A DNA stretch of 64,000 nucleotides from Botryllus schlosseri (lineage: Eukaryota), in contig CM119372.1 in NCBI GenBank assembly GCA_051294905.1, positions 25,546,001-25,610,000 on the forward strand, given 5' to 3'. Under the pieces are notes generated by a model. It saw only the letters and a program-made list of their open reading frames with translations, was not told the origin of the DNA and did no database searches. Positions 44,832-58,163 of this stretch are shown here, piece by piece (position 1 is the stretch's first letter; each line of letters begins with the position of its first letter). A program made the position numbers and the translations under genes.

Positions 44832-46334
44832 GTTGGGACCAAGTCACTACCTTCGAGTCATTGCTCATTTTCACTTAAGTGAAGTCAAGTCGTTCGATTT
44901 GCGAAGGTGAGTCGAGTCAAGTCACTCGATTTTTGGAAGTTACTCTAGTCAAGTCAGGAGTCAAATCACAATGCAAGTCAGATTGAATTTTCGAAGTATA
45001 AGGGATGATTCAAAGTCATTACATTTTGTCAGCTGTTTGAAATACAGAATAGGTCGTCGTTTAGTCTCAATCAAATAACGAATATAAAGTTAAATTACAT
45101 ACAAAAATGAGTTGTATCGCTTACTGCTAATAAAATATGGAACTGTATAGCTACAATGCGTAATTGTCAGTGAAAATAGAGGATCGAATACGAATCCCCG
45201 AGAAGTCGAAACAAATTGATATGATGCAATTCACTACACATCGACACATCCGTGAGATACGATTTAAATCTACTACTTTTGGCGAGTAATATAGAAGCAT
45301 AAACTAGGCTTACCATATTTCGGAAATGAAAAAAGAGGACACTTTTTCAGAAATTTCAAACATGCAAAACTGGAGAAGAATTCTCATAAACCGGTAAATT
45401 TTTCCCACTTCATGATCGGTTGACTAAAAAAAAAAAAAAGGTCATCACTTCCGCTCAGAGCTCAAAATCACGTTTTTCACTACACATTGCCAGGTGGATG
45501 ACTAAAAAAAAAAAAAGGTCTTCTTCTCGCTCAGAGCTGAAATCACCACTTTTCCCTCCGAAATACCCGCCGGAGCTTCACTTCTGCGCTAATTTGCGGC
45601 ATATCACTCGCAATTTCCTCTAAATCTGACCTAAATTTTCAAAAAAGAGGACAAAATCTCAAAAAAGAGGACAAAAGGGCGTCCTCCGAGGACACTTTCA
45701 AAAAAGTCAAAAAAGAGGACAAATCCTCTTAAAAGAGGACGTATGGTAAGCCTAGCATAAACTATATTCGTTCGATTTGTATCACACAAGAGGGTTGATA
45801 AAGGTGATCACCGAGCAATGTGAGCAGTCTACAGAACAGAGATACACTAGTACGCAATGTTCGCTCTAATTTTCATGAGTCTGCGCACACTCACCAACTC
45901 ACTGCGCGGTCCCTTCGACATCGGTGCGTAACGACTAAAAAGGAGAAAAAAAACGTCATCACTTCGGATTTCTTGTGCGCGGCGATTTTGTCAGCAGTGC
46001 GCGGCCCCTCACGCGCGCAGCTTTGAGGGTAGATTGCTAGTACGACAACAACGCAAGCTGTAAGCTATGATCATTTCGTTTGCGGTCAATTTATTTGCGA
46101 TGGAACAATGTGACGCACAATAATGGAATGACTATTTGCTCTTACAATCAAGTCACACCAGCGTATCGCGAACAATCTGAACATACACAGGATTCAGCGA
46201 TTACTTGATGACTTGAAATTAACTCGTAAATTTTGATCCGAGTGACGAGTCAATCCCCATTTCTGAAACGCCGAGTCAAGTCAATTCATTTTTGCAAAGT
46301 GACTCGAGTCAAGTCAAGTCATATGAAAAAGTTA
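44832..46334 (+). mobile_element. CAGTGTTGGG-family element with nested MITE
   Basis: Colinear with 19653-20615; right end CCCCAACAGTG. Confidence 0.78.
45305..45754. mobile_element. hAT-type MITE (TAGGCTTACC family)
   Basis: Perfect 8-bp TSD GCATAAAC; the empty site is seen in the paralog at ~20147. Confidence 0.92.
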
Positions 46335-46389
46335 ACCCGAGTCACCCCAACAGTGCCACCTAGGCCTATGCAGTCATGATTGCATCTCT

Positions 46390-46686
46390 AGTCTATATGA
46401 CTTGCACCGTATAACTAAGGCGATTATTTTGGACCTAACAAGCGAAACAGTTTGCTCTGAAATTTGAGCATAATATTTCACGCTACGGGTGAAGTTTGCT
46501 ACGGCTCTCAATGTTGGTTATCGCCTTCCTATAGGTACCGAACCAAACAAACGATTGTCAAGAAGCCTTTGAAAATTAGGTAGGGATCTACCACTTAGGT
46601 AGAAATCCTGAAGTCGACCTCAGTCGGACTCGAACCCGCAACCTATTGCAGTCCAGCTGTGGAACGTACCACTACGCTATCTCGCC
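46390..46686 (-). mobile_element. tRNA-derived SINE (second family)
   Basis: Minus strand GGCGAGATAGCGTAGTGGT (A box)...GGGTTCGAGTCC (B box) followed by a non-tRNA body; 3' boundary uncertain. Confidence 0.65.
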
Positions 46687-47317
46687 GCCCTATGTGGGGG
46701 TGAGTGTATGTCCAATAAGACTTCTGGATAAAGCTGCCATGCCTATCATTAGTAATCGGCCCAAGGGACGTTCCTCACTGTATTTACCAATTTTGCTCGC
46801 TCTTCAACAATACTGGAAGATCTTCAAAATGGTACCTCCAACTCCAAATACCCTCATTGTCAATCATTTCAATGGTTTATTACGAAGCCGATACATACAT
46901 AGCTTTATATAATATTATAATACGGATCACAGGGGACTCTATTCTTGCAACAGCTATTTTAGAAAACAACGTAATTGAAAAAATACGATGATTGGCCGAT
47001 TAAAGACAGTTATAGACCTCTAGAACAATGACTTTAACGACGATCATAGAAGTTGGCATATTTCTATGCAACTTTTGTTTCAGATGCTATACGTTGGACC
47101 TGTGTATGCATTGTGTTGAATACGACAGATTTACCTGCAGAGGTGGTCAGTAACAAAGAACTCAAAATTTTCGAAGTACTTAAGTAGTTTTCCGTTAAAC
47201 TTGCGGTACTTACTCAAGTAAATTTCATTTTACGCTACTTGGTACTTTTACTTTATCACATGTTGTGACTTACTTACTTGTTTTTCGTCATTTACAGTTT
47301 GGCAAGTAGAAGCTTCC

Positions 47318-47321
<4 letters not shown>

Positions 47322-47411
<90 letters not shown>

Positions 47412-47412
47412 G
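47322..47412. repeat. (GA)n microsatellite
   Basis: ~90-bp AG tract. Confidence 0.95.
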
Positions 47413-49292
47413 CCTAAGACGGAGAAATTTAGCGGCTGTTTTCACGCAGAGTCTTGCATTTTAGTCATTCTTTGCGTGACGGTTGGTCAATATAATTTTT
47501 GTAGCTGTTCCGTGGTTCATGTGCGGAGTTTCAGGCCATAAAGTCGATCATACGACCATTTCCTCAGCAAAACGTTTAGAATTATCCAACTATAGGCATA
47601 CCGTGTTTTCAGTTGCCTTCATAATCACGCAAGACGTTAGTGTAGTATCCAGTACAACTTATCTGTCTATTTCACACCCTGTTAAATACGACGTTGTAAT
47701 ACGTGGAAATGCGCTATACTGTCAAATATTCCTTAAGCAGGCACTGAGGTGAAAAAGGTACATCATATAACCAATCTTCTAATCCTTATGCTGCTCAAAG
47801 TATGTATCTCATGCAAGTGATGTGGAAACGCAAACCCAGCTCTCTGCACCGTGCTTATGTCAGTTTGCAGGTTTTTACGGTGCACCAGGGATGGCCAACC
47901 TCTTTGCAATTCACGGCCGCATTTCGGATTGCTAATGTACCCTACGGCCGCACTCCAAGGCATAGTCCTAATGAAATAACTTAACGCCAAATGTCCATGT
48001 TCAACTGTCCAGTGTCCATGTCCCTTTCCGGTGAGCTCGGGACTAATCTATTTATTCATATCGGCTTGCTATACACGCCGATGTCGCGAGTGGTCATGTT
48101 GTGAATAAATTCGGGGACTCGATATGGGCGCGAAATATTTACAAATTCACGAATGTGGATACTTTACACCTCACTGCAGAAATGAGCGGATTAGATATTT
48201 CTATGTCCTAATCCAATCCAAATCCGAAGCTTCAAATTCAAATCCTAATCCTAATCTGGTTCAAACTTGGAATTCCAGTTTGAATTCCACTTGGAAAGTT
48301 ATAGCCCACATCTTATGACAATAAAATTCTGTAAAAAGAAATATAACGCTCAATAGGGGCCAAAGTATATGAAGTAATAAATTTGCAAACTTTGTAAAAT
48401 CGAGGTAGGACGAGAAACTTTGTCGTCATTCGCCACAGGACACCAATCTCCCCGAAAATCGGTAAATCCAATCCTACTTCACTGAAAAAAATCTCAAATC
48501 CTAATCCAATCCAAATCCGCGAAAATTTCACAAATCCTGAGAGAGAGAGCCTAAGACGGAGAAATTTCGGGGCTGTTTTCACGCAGAGTCTTGCATTTTC
48601 GTCATTCTTTGCGTGACGGTTGGTCAATATAATTTTTGTAGCTGTTCCGTGGTTCATGTGCGGAGTTTCAGGCCATAAAGTCGATCATACGACCATTTCC
48701 TCAGCAAAACGTTTAGAATTATCCAACTATAGGCATACCGTGTTTTCAGTTGCCTTCATAATCACGCAAGACGTTAGTGTAGTATCCAGTACAACTTATC
48801 TGTCTATTTCACACCCTGTTAAATACGACGTTGTAATACGTGGAAATGCGCTATACTGTCAAATATTCCTTAAGCAGGCACTGAGGTGAAAAAGGTACAT
48901 CATATAACCAATCTTCTAACCCTTATGCTGCTCAAAGTATGTATCTCATGCAAGTGATGTGGAAACGCAAACCCAGCTCTCTGCACCGTGCTTATGTCAG
49001 TTTGCAGGTTTTTACGGTGCACCAGGGATGGCCAACCTCTTTGCAATTCACGGCCGCATTTCGGATTGCTAATGTACCCTACGGCCGCACTCCAAGGCAT
49101 AGTCCTAATGAAATAACTTAACGCCAAATGTCCATGTTCAACTGTCCAGTGTCCATGTCCCTTTCCGGTGAGCTCGGGACTAATCTATTTATTCATATCG
49201 GCTTGCTATACACGCCGATGTCGCGAGTGGTCATGTTGTGAATAAATTCGGGGACTCGATATGGGCGCGAAATATTTACAAATTCACGAATG
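47402..49292 (+). repeat. Direct duplication (47402-48155 and 48539-49292) separated by a copy of 43854-44237
   Basis: Near-identical 754-bp units at offset 1137; the spacer matches 43854-44237 at offset 4300. Confidence 0.93.
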
Positions 49293-50067
49293 AATTACGT
49301 CATAAATATTGGTATTTTCACATATTACTATCCTGCCCTAGCCCATGTGATCAGATTCACCGGTAGACTTGATGGAGGGGGTGTTTTCGAAAATTTAGGC
49401 CAAGTTATAAATGATGATGCTTCTTCGGGACAGTCAATTCTTATAAGTCATTTTGTTGCACGCTATTATTTCTTGACCTCCCATCTGGATTGTCGATATA
49501 CTGGAAAGATATTGGAATCGCTCAAACGTATACCAGAAACAAATTTCTTTCGTGAGGAGCACACGATTCCGAGTAGGTATTTCTGGATTGGATCAGATTG
49601 CAATGGGTGATACTACATTCGAAAAATGAAGTCTCGTTAAATCGAGCGCAGCGCGAAGAAAATTTCGTGATTAACAAAAATCTCTCAAAAATCCGGGAAT
49701 CACTTCGTAAATTCAATTTGCATGTCGACGGCCACCAAGAACAATTCACACAATTGAATTTCGTGTCGACGGCTGCACAAATATCCTTCTACGGCCGCAG
49801 GTTGGCCACCCCTGCGGTACACGAAAGCGTAATTATGACTGCTTTCCAAAATTACTTACTTTCTTGAATAATTTAAAAGACAGAAAGCTCTACTTCTACT
49901 TGAAGTTGTTCAAAATGCACTACTTCTACTCTTACTTGAGTGGAATTCTGCGTCACTCTTTCTACTTCTACGCGAGTACTCTACTTGACTACTCTGACGA
50001 CCTCTGTCGAACTGTAATCGCGGATGTCGAGATTCTGTTCATCGTCATCAAATGTGGTATAGTGCCA

Positions 50068-50438
50068 TAGGGTTGCATTTAAAACAAAACAAACATGTTT
50101 AAAACAAGACCCTCAATTGTGTCGTCATAGTAGATTCCCATTGACAATTGAAAATATAGGGTAAATATAGCTCCTTTGACGAAATATCAGTACTATTATT
50201 GTTGAACCGACTGTTTTGAGGGTTCCAACCATCTCATATCGATATACGTCTGCTATATCGGGTGGTAATTGTCCGTAGGCTCATAAAACATGTTTTCGGA
50301 AAGTATTATCGCAATTGTGGCATAATTTTACAGCTTGAAAAAAACAATTTAAAAAAAAAGGCCTTTGTTTAAAGCACTGTTTAACACATGTTTTAAACAA
50401 AGTGTTTTAAAACACCGTTTGTTTTTAATGCAACCCTA
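50068..50438. mobile_element. TAGGGTTGCA MITE
   Basis: TIRs TAGGGTTGCATT / AATGCAACCCTA; flanking repeat AGTGCCA; AAAACA arrays. Confidence 0.82.
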
Positions 50439-50616
50439 AGTGCCACCACATATATTTGAATTATATTGTTTTGGTAACTATTACATACTCCGTGTAACCT
50501 GCATACAACAGTTCCGCATTAGCGCTTTCGCCTACGCCCTTCGTCCTACTCCAACTCCTCCAACTCCATTGATCCATTTTTGCATAGTATATCTGAGCTG
50601 TGTGTGTACATTTGGC

Positions 50617-53600
50617 CAGTGCTGGGATCAAGTCACTACCTTCGAGTCACGAGTCATCTCGAGTCATTACACATTTTGACTCGAGTCAAGTCGAGTCAAT
50701 CGCTTTTTAAAGGTGACTCGAGTCAAGACAAGTCACTCGATTTTTGTAGGCGGCTCGAGTCAAGTTGAGTCAAGTGAGGTGAAGACAAGTCAAGTCACGA
50801 GTCAAGTCACAAATCAAGTCAAGTTGATTTTTCGAAGTAATAGGCATAATTGCGTCATTGCATTTTGATAGCTGTTTGAATATTGCCATATATTTGGAAC
50901 CGACGGACGAATATACATGCAAAAAAAGGCTTCGTATCGCTCACGCATACGTAAAACTGTTAAACTACCTAAGTAACTGAATTGATATGATGCAATTCAA
51001 TAGCCACGTACACATCTGGGAGATATACTTTAAGCCTGGGCCGATGGTTGACGAGTAATAGACTTAAGTTCGATTCAAATCATTCACGAGATTTGATTAA
51101 GGTGGGTATACCGATCACAATGAGCATATAGAAAAGAGATCTATACTTTGCCATCAGATTATATTACTTAACTACTATAGTTTACGAGCTGAGATCACTT
51201 TTTTGTGGTCAATTTATTTGTGATCGACCAATGGAGGCTCAGTAAAACGCAAAATCATTGAGTGATTGCTCAATGCTCACTCTCACAGGTCACACCAGCG
51301 TATCGAGAACAATCCGAATATATGCAATATCCAGCCGCGTATCCAGCCGAGAAATAAGGGGGAGGGGGAATTTGAAATAAAAGTGGGGGCTTCGATTTTT
51401 TTTGGAATTTACTAATATAGCATCAATTCATTAGGGTTAGGTACATGCGTAAATGACGATTATAGAATCTCCTCGTGTTCACGAAGTTACGCGTATGAGA
51501 AGCTTGTCAACGAATCTGAGAGGGCTGTCAATTGACGAGTCCCTGATCTCTGGTGAACAATAAGACACGCGCGCTTATCAACGCGTATTACATGGCCTAG
51601 GCGACGATTTGCGCAAGCCAAAATGTCCGAAATGTTATGGAATCTGTTCTATAATGGCACCGATTTCAGGTGGCTCAAACCGGATCTTTTATAACTCAAG
51701 CCTTGACACACATCTTCTGATGGTCATGTTTAAGCATTAGCGGAGATCAATTACTCAATACCCATGTAGGCACGCACAGTCGCACATGTTTGCCGACATT
51801 CGATGTCACTCAGTTCGCGATGTCACAATTTAACCACAATCGCTAATCAGCATACACTAAACGGCATTGTCTCCTAGCCATCGAGAGATAGGAGCCAAAG
51901 TCAGCTAGTTCCATCCAGGGCTGTGGAGTCGGAGTCGGAGTCGGAGTCTGGGTAATTTTCGCCTGATGGAGTCGGAGTCGGAGTCGTGAAAACTATAATA
52001 GCTGGAGTCGGAGTCGGAGTCGTGGGGAAATACTGACTGGAGTCGGAGTCGGAGTTTGTGAGAATTACCCTGACTTCGACTCCGACTCCGACTCCAACTT
52101 CTCTATCATGAAAACATTTGCCTTCAAAGAATTTTCAATAGAATTTTTATGTACCACCAATCACTGTTATTAATAACCATACAGATCAGGTGCGGCCAGC
52201 CCGTGGCACGCCGGCCAAATTAGGCACACGAGAAGGTTAGGTGTGGCCAGTGGCCTGCGAGGTAATTCTCGAAATTATTTATGACATCAGGTACAATTGC
52301 AAAGCCAACCAAAATTTAATTAGCATGACCGCGAAATTTGATGATGACTAAAACAACAGTTCTGACGCATTGACGTATCCAGGGGCAAGCCACATTTATC
52401 CCAGATCTTCGTATATGACCATAAAGTAGAATATTTCATAGCAGATTTATTTGACTTGAAATTTTTCTCGGTACTTAGCATGATTCATTGTCACTAGATT
52501 TCTTACATTCAGTATTCGAGCCCCCTTCTGAAAATTATAAATACATATTATTCACAGAATTGAGTCTAACTATATTCACAATTAGGAGATAACGTGTCGT
52601 CCAACATGCGGCTTCGCTTGTGCTCTCGCAGCGAGATCGTCGACAAAACATTTGAACAAAATGATAGAGGCATGTTCACTGATACCGTCGATTTTGCTAT
52701 GTCTAAACGTCGAATAATCCTGTCCTTGCCAAATGAGCCGAATGGTATACAGATGCGACCCCCAATGTATGTTGGTCACATATTTATTGATATAATTCAG
52801 TCATTATCTTGCAAAAAATTTCGCGCTGCGCTCGACCAGGGCCTGATTGCGCACTGCACAGTTGCATGACATATTGTTATCGATTTTAAAGCTTATTAAT
52901 ATAAGTCTTGTTTGCGATGTTACCTAATTCGGTTCGCTCCTATCGGACGACTAAAAAATGTTATCAACATTCCAGTTGCCCGCGCAATGGTTCGTAAATC
53001 TCATGTGTCCCTTTGCCCGAAAAAGTCGCCCACCCCTGATATAGATAAAATTAGACATTACTTGCAAATTACAACTCAGTTGCACAGGGGAAGAAAATCG
53101 CAATATGCGTTTTCGCGATGCAGTCAAAATTGATGCAATTTTTGGAATTATACCATGATACTATGGCAGAGCAAATGCATCGGCTAGTTTTGTAAAATGA
53201 TTAAGAAAGACTGCAAGTCCCAATCCTTGAAGACTTGATTAAGTACATGTAGACTAGATATAGGCTATGGTCTTTGACTGCTTAACTAAATTCCGTTTAT
53301 GACCACTGGCTATTAGTAGTAAGAGTGTGTGTGCTTGTAATCAGAATAGTGTGCAATGACAAAATTAGTAAGTTCAATCTCTTTATTTGTTGCTGACTCA
53401 TACACAAGAGCTACACTTGGATTTTTTATCTGCATTTTTATTATACAGTATTGGATATCTGCCATATTTGAATGATTCATACATTTCAGGATATTAGAGA
53501 GTCCATCATGTTATAAAAATTTCAAAAAGGAAGGATATTTAGCAAATCTTTCTTTCATATTAATTGCATAGTGGATAATTCGAGTTGTGCCACAATGAAA

Positions 53601-54218
53601 CAATTTAGCATGCCACCGTTAATCATATGTTTGCATATTTTTAATGGTTGTATGATAGTCATTCAACCGACAATGTGGCATGTAATTTTCGAAGTAAATT
53701 GGTAATAATGCTGGAGTCGGAGTCGGGAGTCGGAGTCGGAGTCGGAGTCGGGACGTTTAAAGACCCAGTAGTCGGAGTCGGAGTCAGTACGTTTAAAGAC
53801 TCAGGAGTCGGAGTCGGAGTCGGTATATTGAAAATGTGTGGAGTCGGAGTCGGAGCCCGAGTCGGTAGTAAAATTTACCGACTCCACAGCCCTGGTTCCA
53901 TCACGCGATAGGCCAGCGATTATAACTTTCGTACCATAGGCCTATTGCAGAGGCGATTGTGTAGACCGATGATGATATCGTGTGCACCAGGCAAAGCAGA
54001 TGCGACTGGGCAGGCCATTTTTATGGACACCGTTGCTTAATGACTTGAAATTGACTCGTAATTTTGCTCCAAGTCGCGAGTCAATCCACATTTCTGAAAC
54101 GCCGAGTCAAGTCAAGTCAAGTCATTTTTGCAAAGTGACTCGAGTCAAGTCAAGTCTAGGAAAAAAGTGACTCGAGCCCGACTCGAGTCAAGTCATGACT
54201 CGAGTCATCCCAACACTG
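50617..54218 (+). mobile_element. CAGTG(C/T)TGGG-family element with nested insertions
   Basis: TIRs present; 8-bp TSD CATTTGGC/CTTTTGGC (1 mismatch). Confidence 0.82.
51916..53894 (+). mobile_element. GGAGTC-repeat hAT-type element, copy 2
   Basis: Perfect 8-bp TSD GTTCCATC; colinear with 39978-42520. Confidence 0.92.
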
Positions 54219-54271
54219 CTTTTGGCCTTCTAGCAATTTGGTGTATATATCACCGACTTGTTCGTAATGAT

Positions 54272-55246
54272 TAGGGATGGTGTGAACGTGAGGTTCACGT
54301 TTGCGTTCTGTGTGTGAACCGCAGAATTTTAGAGGTACACGTTTACAAACGGACCTTGGTAGGTTCTGCACTGTGAACCTTTTTCATGTATTAAAATTTT
54401 CACTTCATTATAAGATCTTTGATTGAAATTTATTGTATTCCAACTGCGGGCCCTCTATGCATGGCGCTGGCAGCGTAAAAAAATCAACACTAAGCGAGCA
54501 TGCACCTTGACCATCTCAAAATTTTCTGCTGTAAGCTTGACCCGCAATGGCGTAACATCAAAAGCGAAATACACTACATGTAGATAGTCAGCGAATGATG
54601 CTTATTCAACCAATCAATGAAATTGATATCGTTGTCTGATGTAAAAAATCTAGCAGGCGTACGGGATCAATCCTGACCCCATATGTTTATTGTATCTAGG
54701 GATATCTAGACATCCCTGATATGATTATATCATAAAAACCAAATCCGTGCGGTTGGGGTGTTGGTTACTTCTGTACAACTTGGTAATGGGGTAATATCGG
54801 TACCAAGTATAGAAACCCGTTTTACACTCTGCTCAATGTCAACGCAGTCTTGTCAGACTCAGACTCAGACGCCAAACACATTGTCCGATCTGGCCTAGAC
54901 CGTTAAGGGGTAAACTTAACTTTCCTTGCAAGTCGTCGTCGAAATTGTTGGCAAATGTTGTCGACGGAAGATATTGATTTCGTGGGATCTTTATATTATT
55001 TGATTGCCTCAGTTAATACATTTGGCGACGTTTAAAACGTCAATATGTACTTCAGCATTGTGGTATTATGTGGCCCGAGTGCGGTCGCCAGGCATCGTGT
55101 ACAATTTGTACAATAATATAGGCTATCACTTCATTGAAGTTTAGGGTTGGAATTACGAGGTTCACGTTTGCGTTCACACAGAACCTTTCAAAAACCTTCA
55201 CGTTCACACGACCCTGAACCTTTCCCAGAGGTTCACACCATCCCTA
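54272..55246 (-). mobile_element. TAGGGATGGTGTGAAC-family element, copy 2 (inverted relative to 23697)
   Basis: Same TIRs; internal homology in reverse orientation. Confidence 0.85.
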
Positions 55247-55526
55247 GAATGATGACTAGAGTGAAAACGCAACGATGCCGCCGGGTGGTTGGAAGTTGGC
55301 CTATGAATAATGAACGTGTTCTACCTTTGCTGACTAGAGGGATTATTTGCGTGAAATTATTTCTTGGTAAGATCCCAACTTCTTTTAGAAATGTGCTAAG
55401 GCCGCAAACCAAACTTTTCGCTGATTGGTCGAGAGACAATGGCCATGGATACGTCGCAGCAACGGAGGACGCTGCATTTATCTAAGCCTAGTTGGCACTA
55501 CGCTGTATTCCTATAGCCGTGTAGAC

Positions 55527-55822
55527 CAGTGGTTCCCCTTGGGGGGGGGGGGGGCGTGAAAGCATTTGAAGGGGGCGCGAAGAAGTGATAAACTGAAAAA
55601 AAATTCGCTCTCTGCGAAATTTACCTCCAATTCACGCGTGTTTCTCTATATATACACCGAATGTAATATTTTTTAATTCTCTCATCAACAGACATAACCT
55701 TCCATGCCATCAAACAATCTGTTGGGGTTGCTAGCATCCCGGATAGGGGGGGGGGGGGGGGGGCGCGAACTTTTTCACTATCATAAAGGGGGGCGTGTCT
55801 AAAAAAAGGTGGAGAACCACTG
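55527..55822. mobile_element. CAGTGGTTC hAT-type MITE
   Basis: TSD GTGTAGAC/GTATAGAC; G-runs. Confidence 0.82.
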
Positions 55823-56429
55823 GTATAGACTGAATAAAAACGACAACACTACAGTCAAATGTTTATTTCTTCAACAATAATAAGAATTAGGAAAAGGAAA
55901 TCAAATATTTACACACATACTAAAATACAATGCTGAAATACATACTGCTGTGTTCATAAATGCAGTGCCACCAATGGCAATGAACTGCTGGGAAAGAACA
56001 GATCTTTCAATTCATTTCCTTCAAACGCAAAGGACAGGAAGGAGGAAGGCTTGTGAATGCAGAGTAAGAAGGCAGGAATTCAAGCCTACTTCCACAAGCT
56101 TCATTTGCTGCTATCACTTTTGCAAGGAATAATTTGCCGCTAGCGAATTAGATGCACCAATATAGTTTCGAAAATCACGTCTAAAAAGGGGTGCGATTCC
56201 CTGTCACAATCTCCATGGGAAAGAAGATACAGCAGAAGATACGAGCATTGCAAAAAGGCGGACCTTGAACTCCATGCGGTGTCAACTGTCTTCCTCCGAT
56301 GTTGTGGATTATACCTATTCAGGAACTAGTTCTGTTGAAGATAGAGATATGTCAGTCCAGTTCCGTTCCGAATTATAAATTGATTTTTTTTTTGCCAATA
56401 AAGAATAGAGAAATTCGAATTATGACTTG

Positions 56430-56700
56430 AATAGATAGATGGCTGAGCATCACATTCAGATAAAATTCCTGGAGTTTTGGAACGTTTTTTCCTGTCACGG
56501 TCTCTTGATACTTTGCAAATCCGCATATCCCTTTGTAGTCCAAACAACAAAATGTGCCCAGTCCCTATTTGTGGCATACATTTGGGCCTGTATTTAATGC
56601 TAATAAGAGTGATTTACTTGTAATTATCCAGCAGCAGTCAAATAAAAACTCTTTTTCTGTGATTTCTGCCCAAGTTCAAATTTCATGAGCTCATCGACTG
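56430..56700 (-). pseudogene. Decayed YqaJ/lambda-exonuclease-like domain fragment
   Basis: SFYLTAAG*LQVNHSY*H*IQAQMYATNRDWAHFVVWTTKG, then (shifted frame) VPKLQEFYLNVML; matches the H.YY.QIQGQM..T...W.DFVVWT.KG motif. Confidence 0.7.
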
Positions 56701-57567
56701 TGTTCTTACGAGACGGGCCGCGTGTTTGAGACCTCTGACCTAATGCCCTAGCAGCAAAATCTTCCTTTCAAAGTGTTAGGAGCAAATGAAGCTTATTTGT
56801 TAAAGTAGGCTTGAATTACTGCCTTCTTACTCTGCATTCCCAAGCCTTCCTGTCCTTTGCGTTGGAAGGAAATGAATGCAAAGATCTGTTCTTCTCCAGT
56901 TCATTACCATTGGTGGCACTGCAAACACAGCAGCAATTCGGCATTATATTTTAGTATATGTTACTAAATATTTTATTTCCTTCCCTAATTCTTATTATTG
57001 ATGAAGAAATAAACAATACTTCATTCATCCAGATGTACCAGAGAGGTGTGACGGTACTCGGGGTGGCAACCGGGGCTCACTCATCACTTACTCAGATTTG
57101 CCATTCAACGGCACAACACGATCGAAGCCAACTATCGTGAGACTGTGGCACTCACGTATTGGAACACTTCCTTAGTGTATAATACGAAGGGCAAGTTGAC
57201 CGACACAACCAACGAAGCAGCCTGCCTCCAACGGGAATATCCGCACCCCACAAAATCGGTCCCCCGAGGATTCAAACAGCCTGACTTCACACTGTTCGCA
57301 CCACCTTTCCTGCTATGTGCTCTAAAGGACAAGGAACTCCTGTGTGGAAATAACGAGGCTATGTGCCGAAACGGAGGACGAGGGCCAGACACCCAAGTCA
57401 CCAAGAACCCAAGGGACACAGGCTAACCTAGTTTGTGGTAGTCGTTTAGTCGTATGACCTTTATCTGAGTGTGTCAACTATATGTGCAATAAATTTGTGG
57501 ACGCCTGCGGGCCCCGAAAAAAAATACGTTGTAGTGCCAACTAGGCTTAGGTAAATGCAGTGTCATC

Positions 57568-58163
57568 CAGGGTTGTAATGACTCGAGTCATGACTCGACT
57601 CGAGTCCGACTCGAGTCACGTTTTCCAGATGACTCGACTTGACTCGAGTCATTTTCTCAAAATACGGAAATGACTCGACTCGACTCGAGTCAATTTGTGT
57701 ATTGACTCGACTTGGACTCGAGTCATTCTGCATGACTCGAACCAAGTCATATGACTCGAGACTCAGACGGTCAAGACCGACGTTTCATTTTAATTTCAAA
57801 GAATATTAAAGTAAACACATTATTGGGATTTCTTCTATTGGTACTGGTACTTGAAAACACGTCCAGAAACTGCTAAAAATGACGAAAATTAGTATATTAT
57901 AAATGCGAACCATTCGATATCACCAAACAGAGTCATAAAAAGTGGATTTAACAAGCCTTTAACTGTAAACTGGGAAGTCAACATAATGACTTGGACTCGA
58001 CTCGAGTCATAATACCATGACTCGGACTCGAACCTCTGCTCGGTGACTTGGACTCGGACTTGACTCGGTGGTGAATTGAAAATGACTCGACTTGACTCGA
58101 GTCAAAACTATAAAACTGAGATTGACTTGTGACTCGGAGCCTTGTGACTTGGTTACAACCCTG
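57568..58163 (+). mobile_element. CAGGGTTGTAA-family MITE, copy 2
   Basis: TIRs; GACTCGAGTC arrays; TGTCATC repeated on both flanks. Confidence 0.82.

Larger units (their letters stand above)
47138..50006. mobile_element. CAGAGGTGGTCAG-family TIR element containing an internal duplication
   Basis: CAGAGGTGGTCAG / CTGACGACCTCTG ends; TACTT arrays at both ends. Confidence 0.7.

Noticed and set aside
46615..46686. tRNA gene
   Set aside because: Boxes are present but the cloverleaf is degenerate and it runs into a non-tRNA body; SINE-like.
47483..49127. Duplicated small genes (identical ORF pairs)
   Set aside because: Products of the local duplication inside a transposon; no protein-like signal.
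57030..57520. Second solo LTR inside the foldback arm
   Set aside because: It has a TGTGAC start and AATAAA, but I could not find a matching CA end with a TSD; left unclassified.
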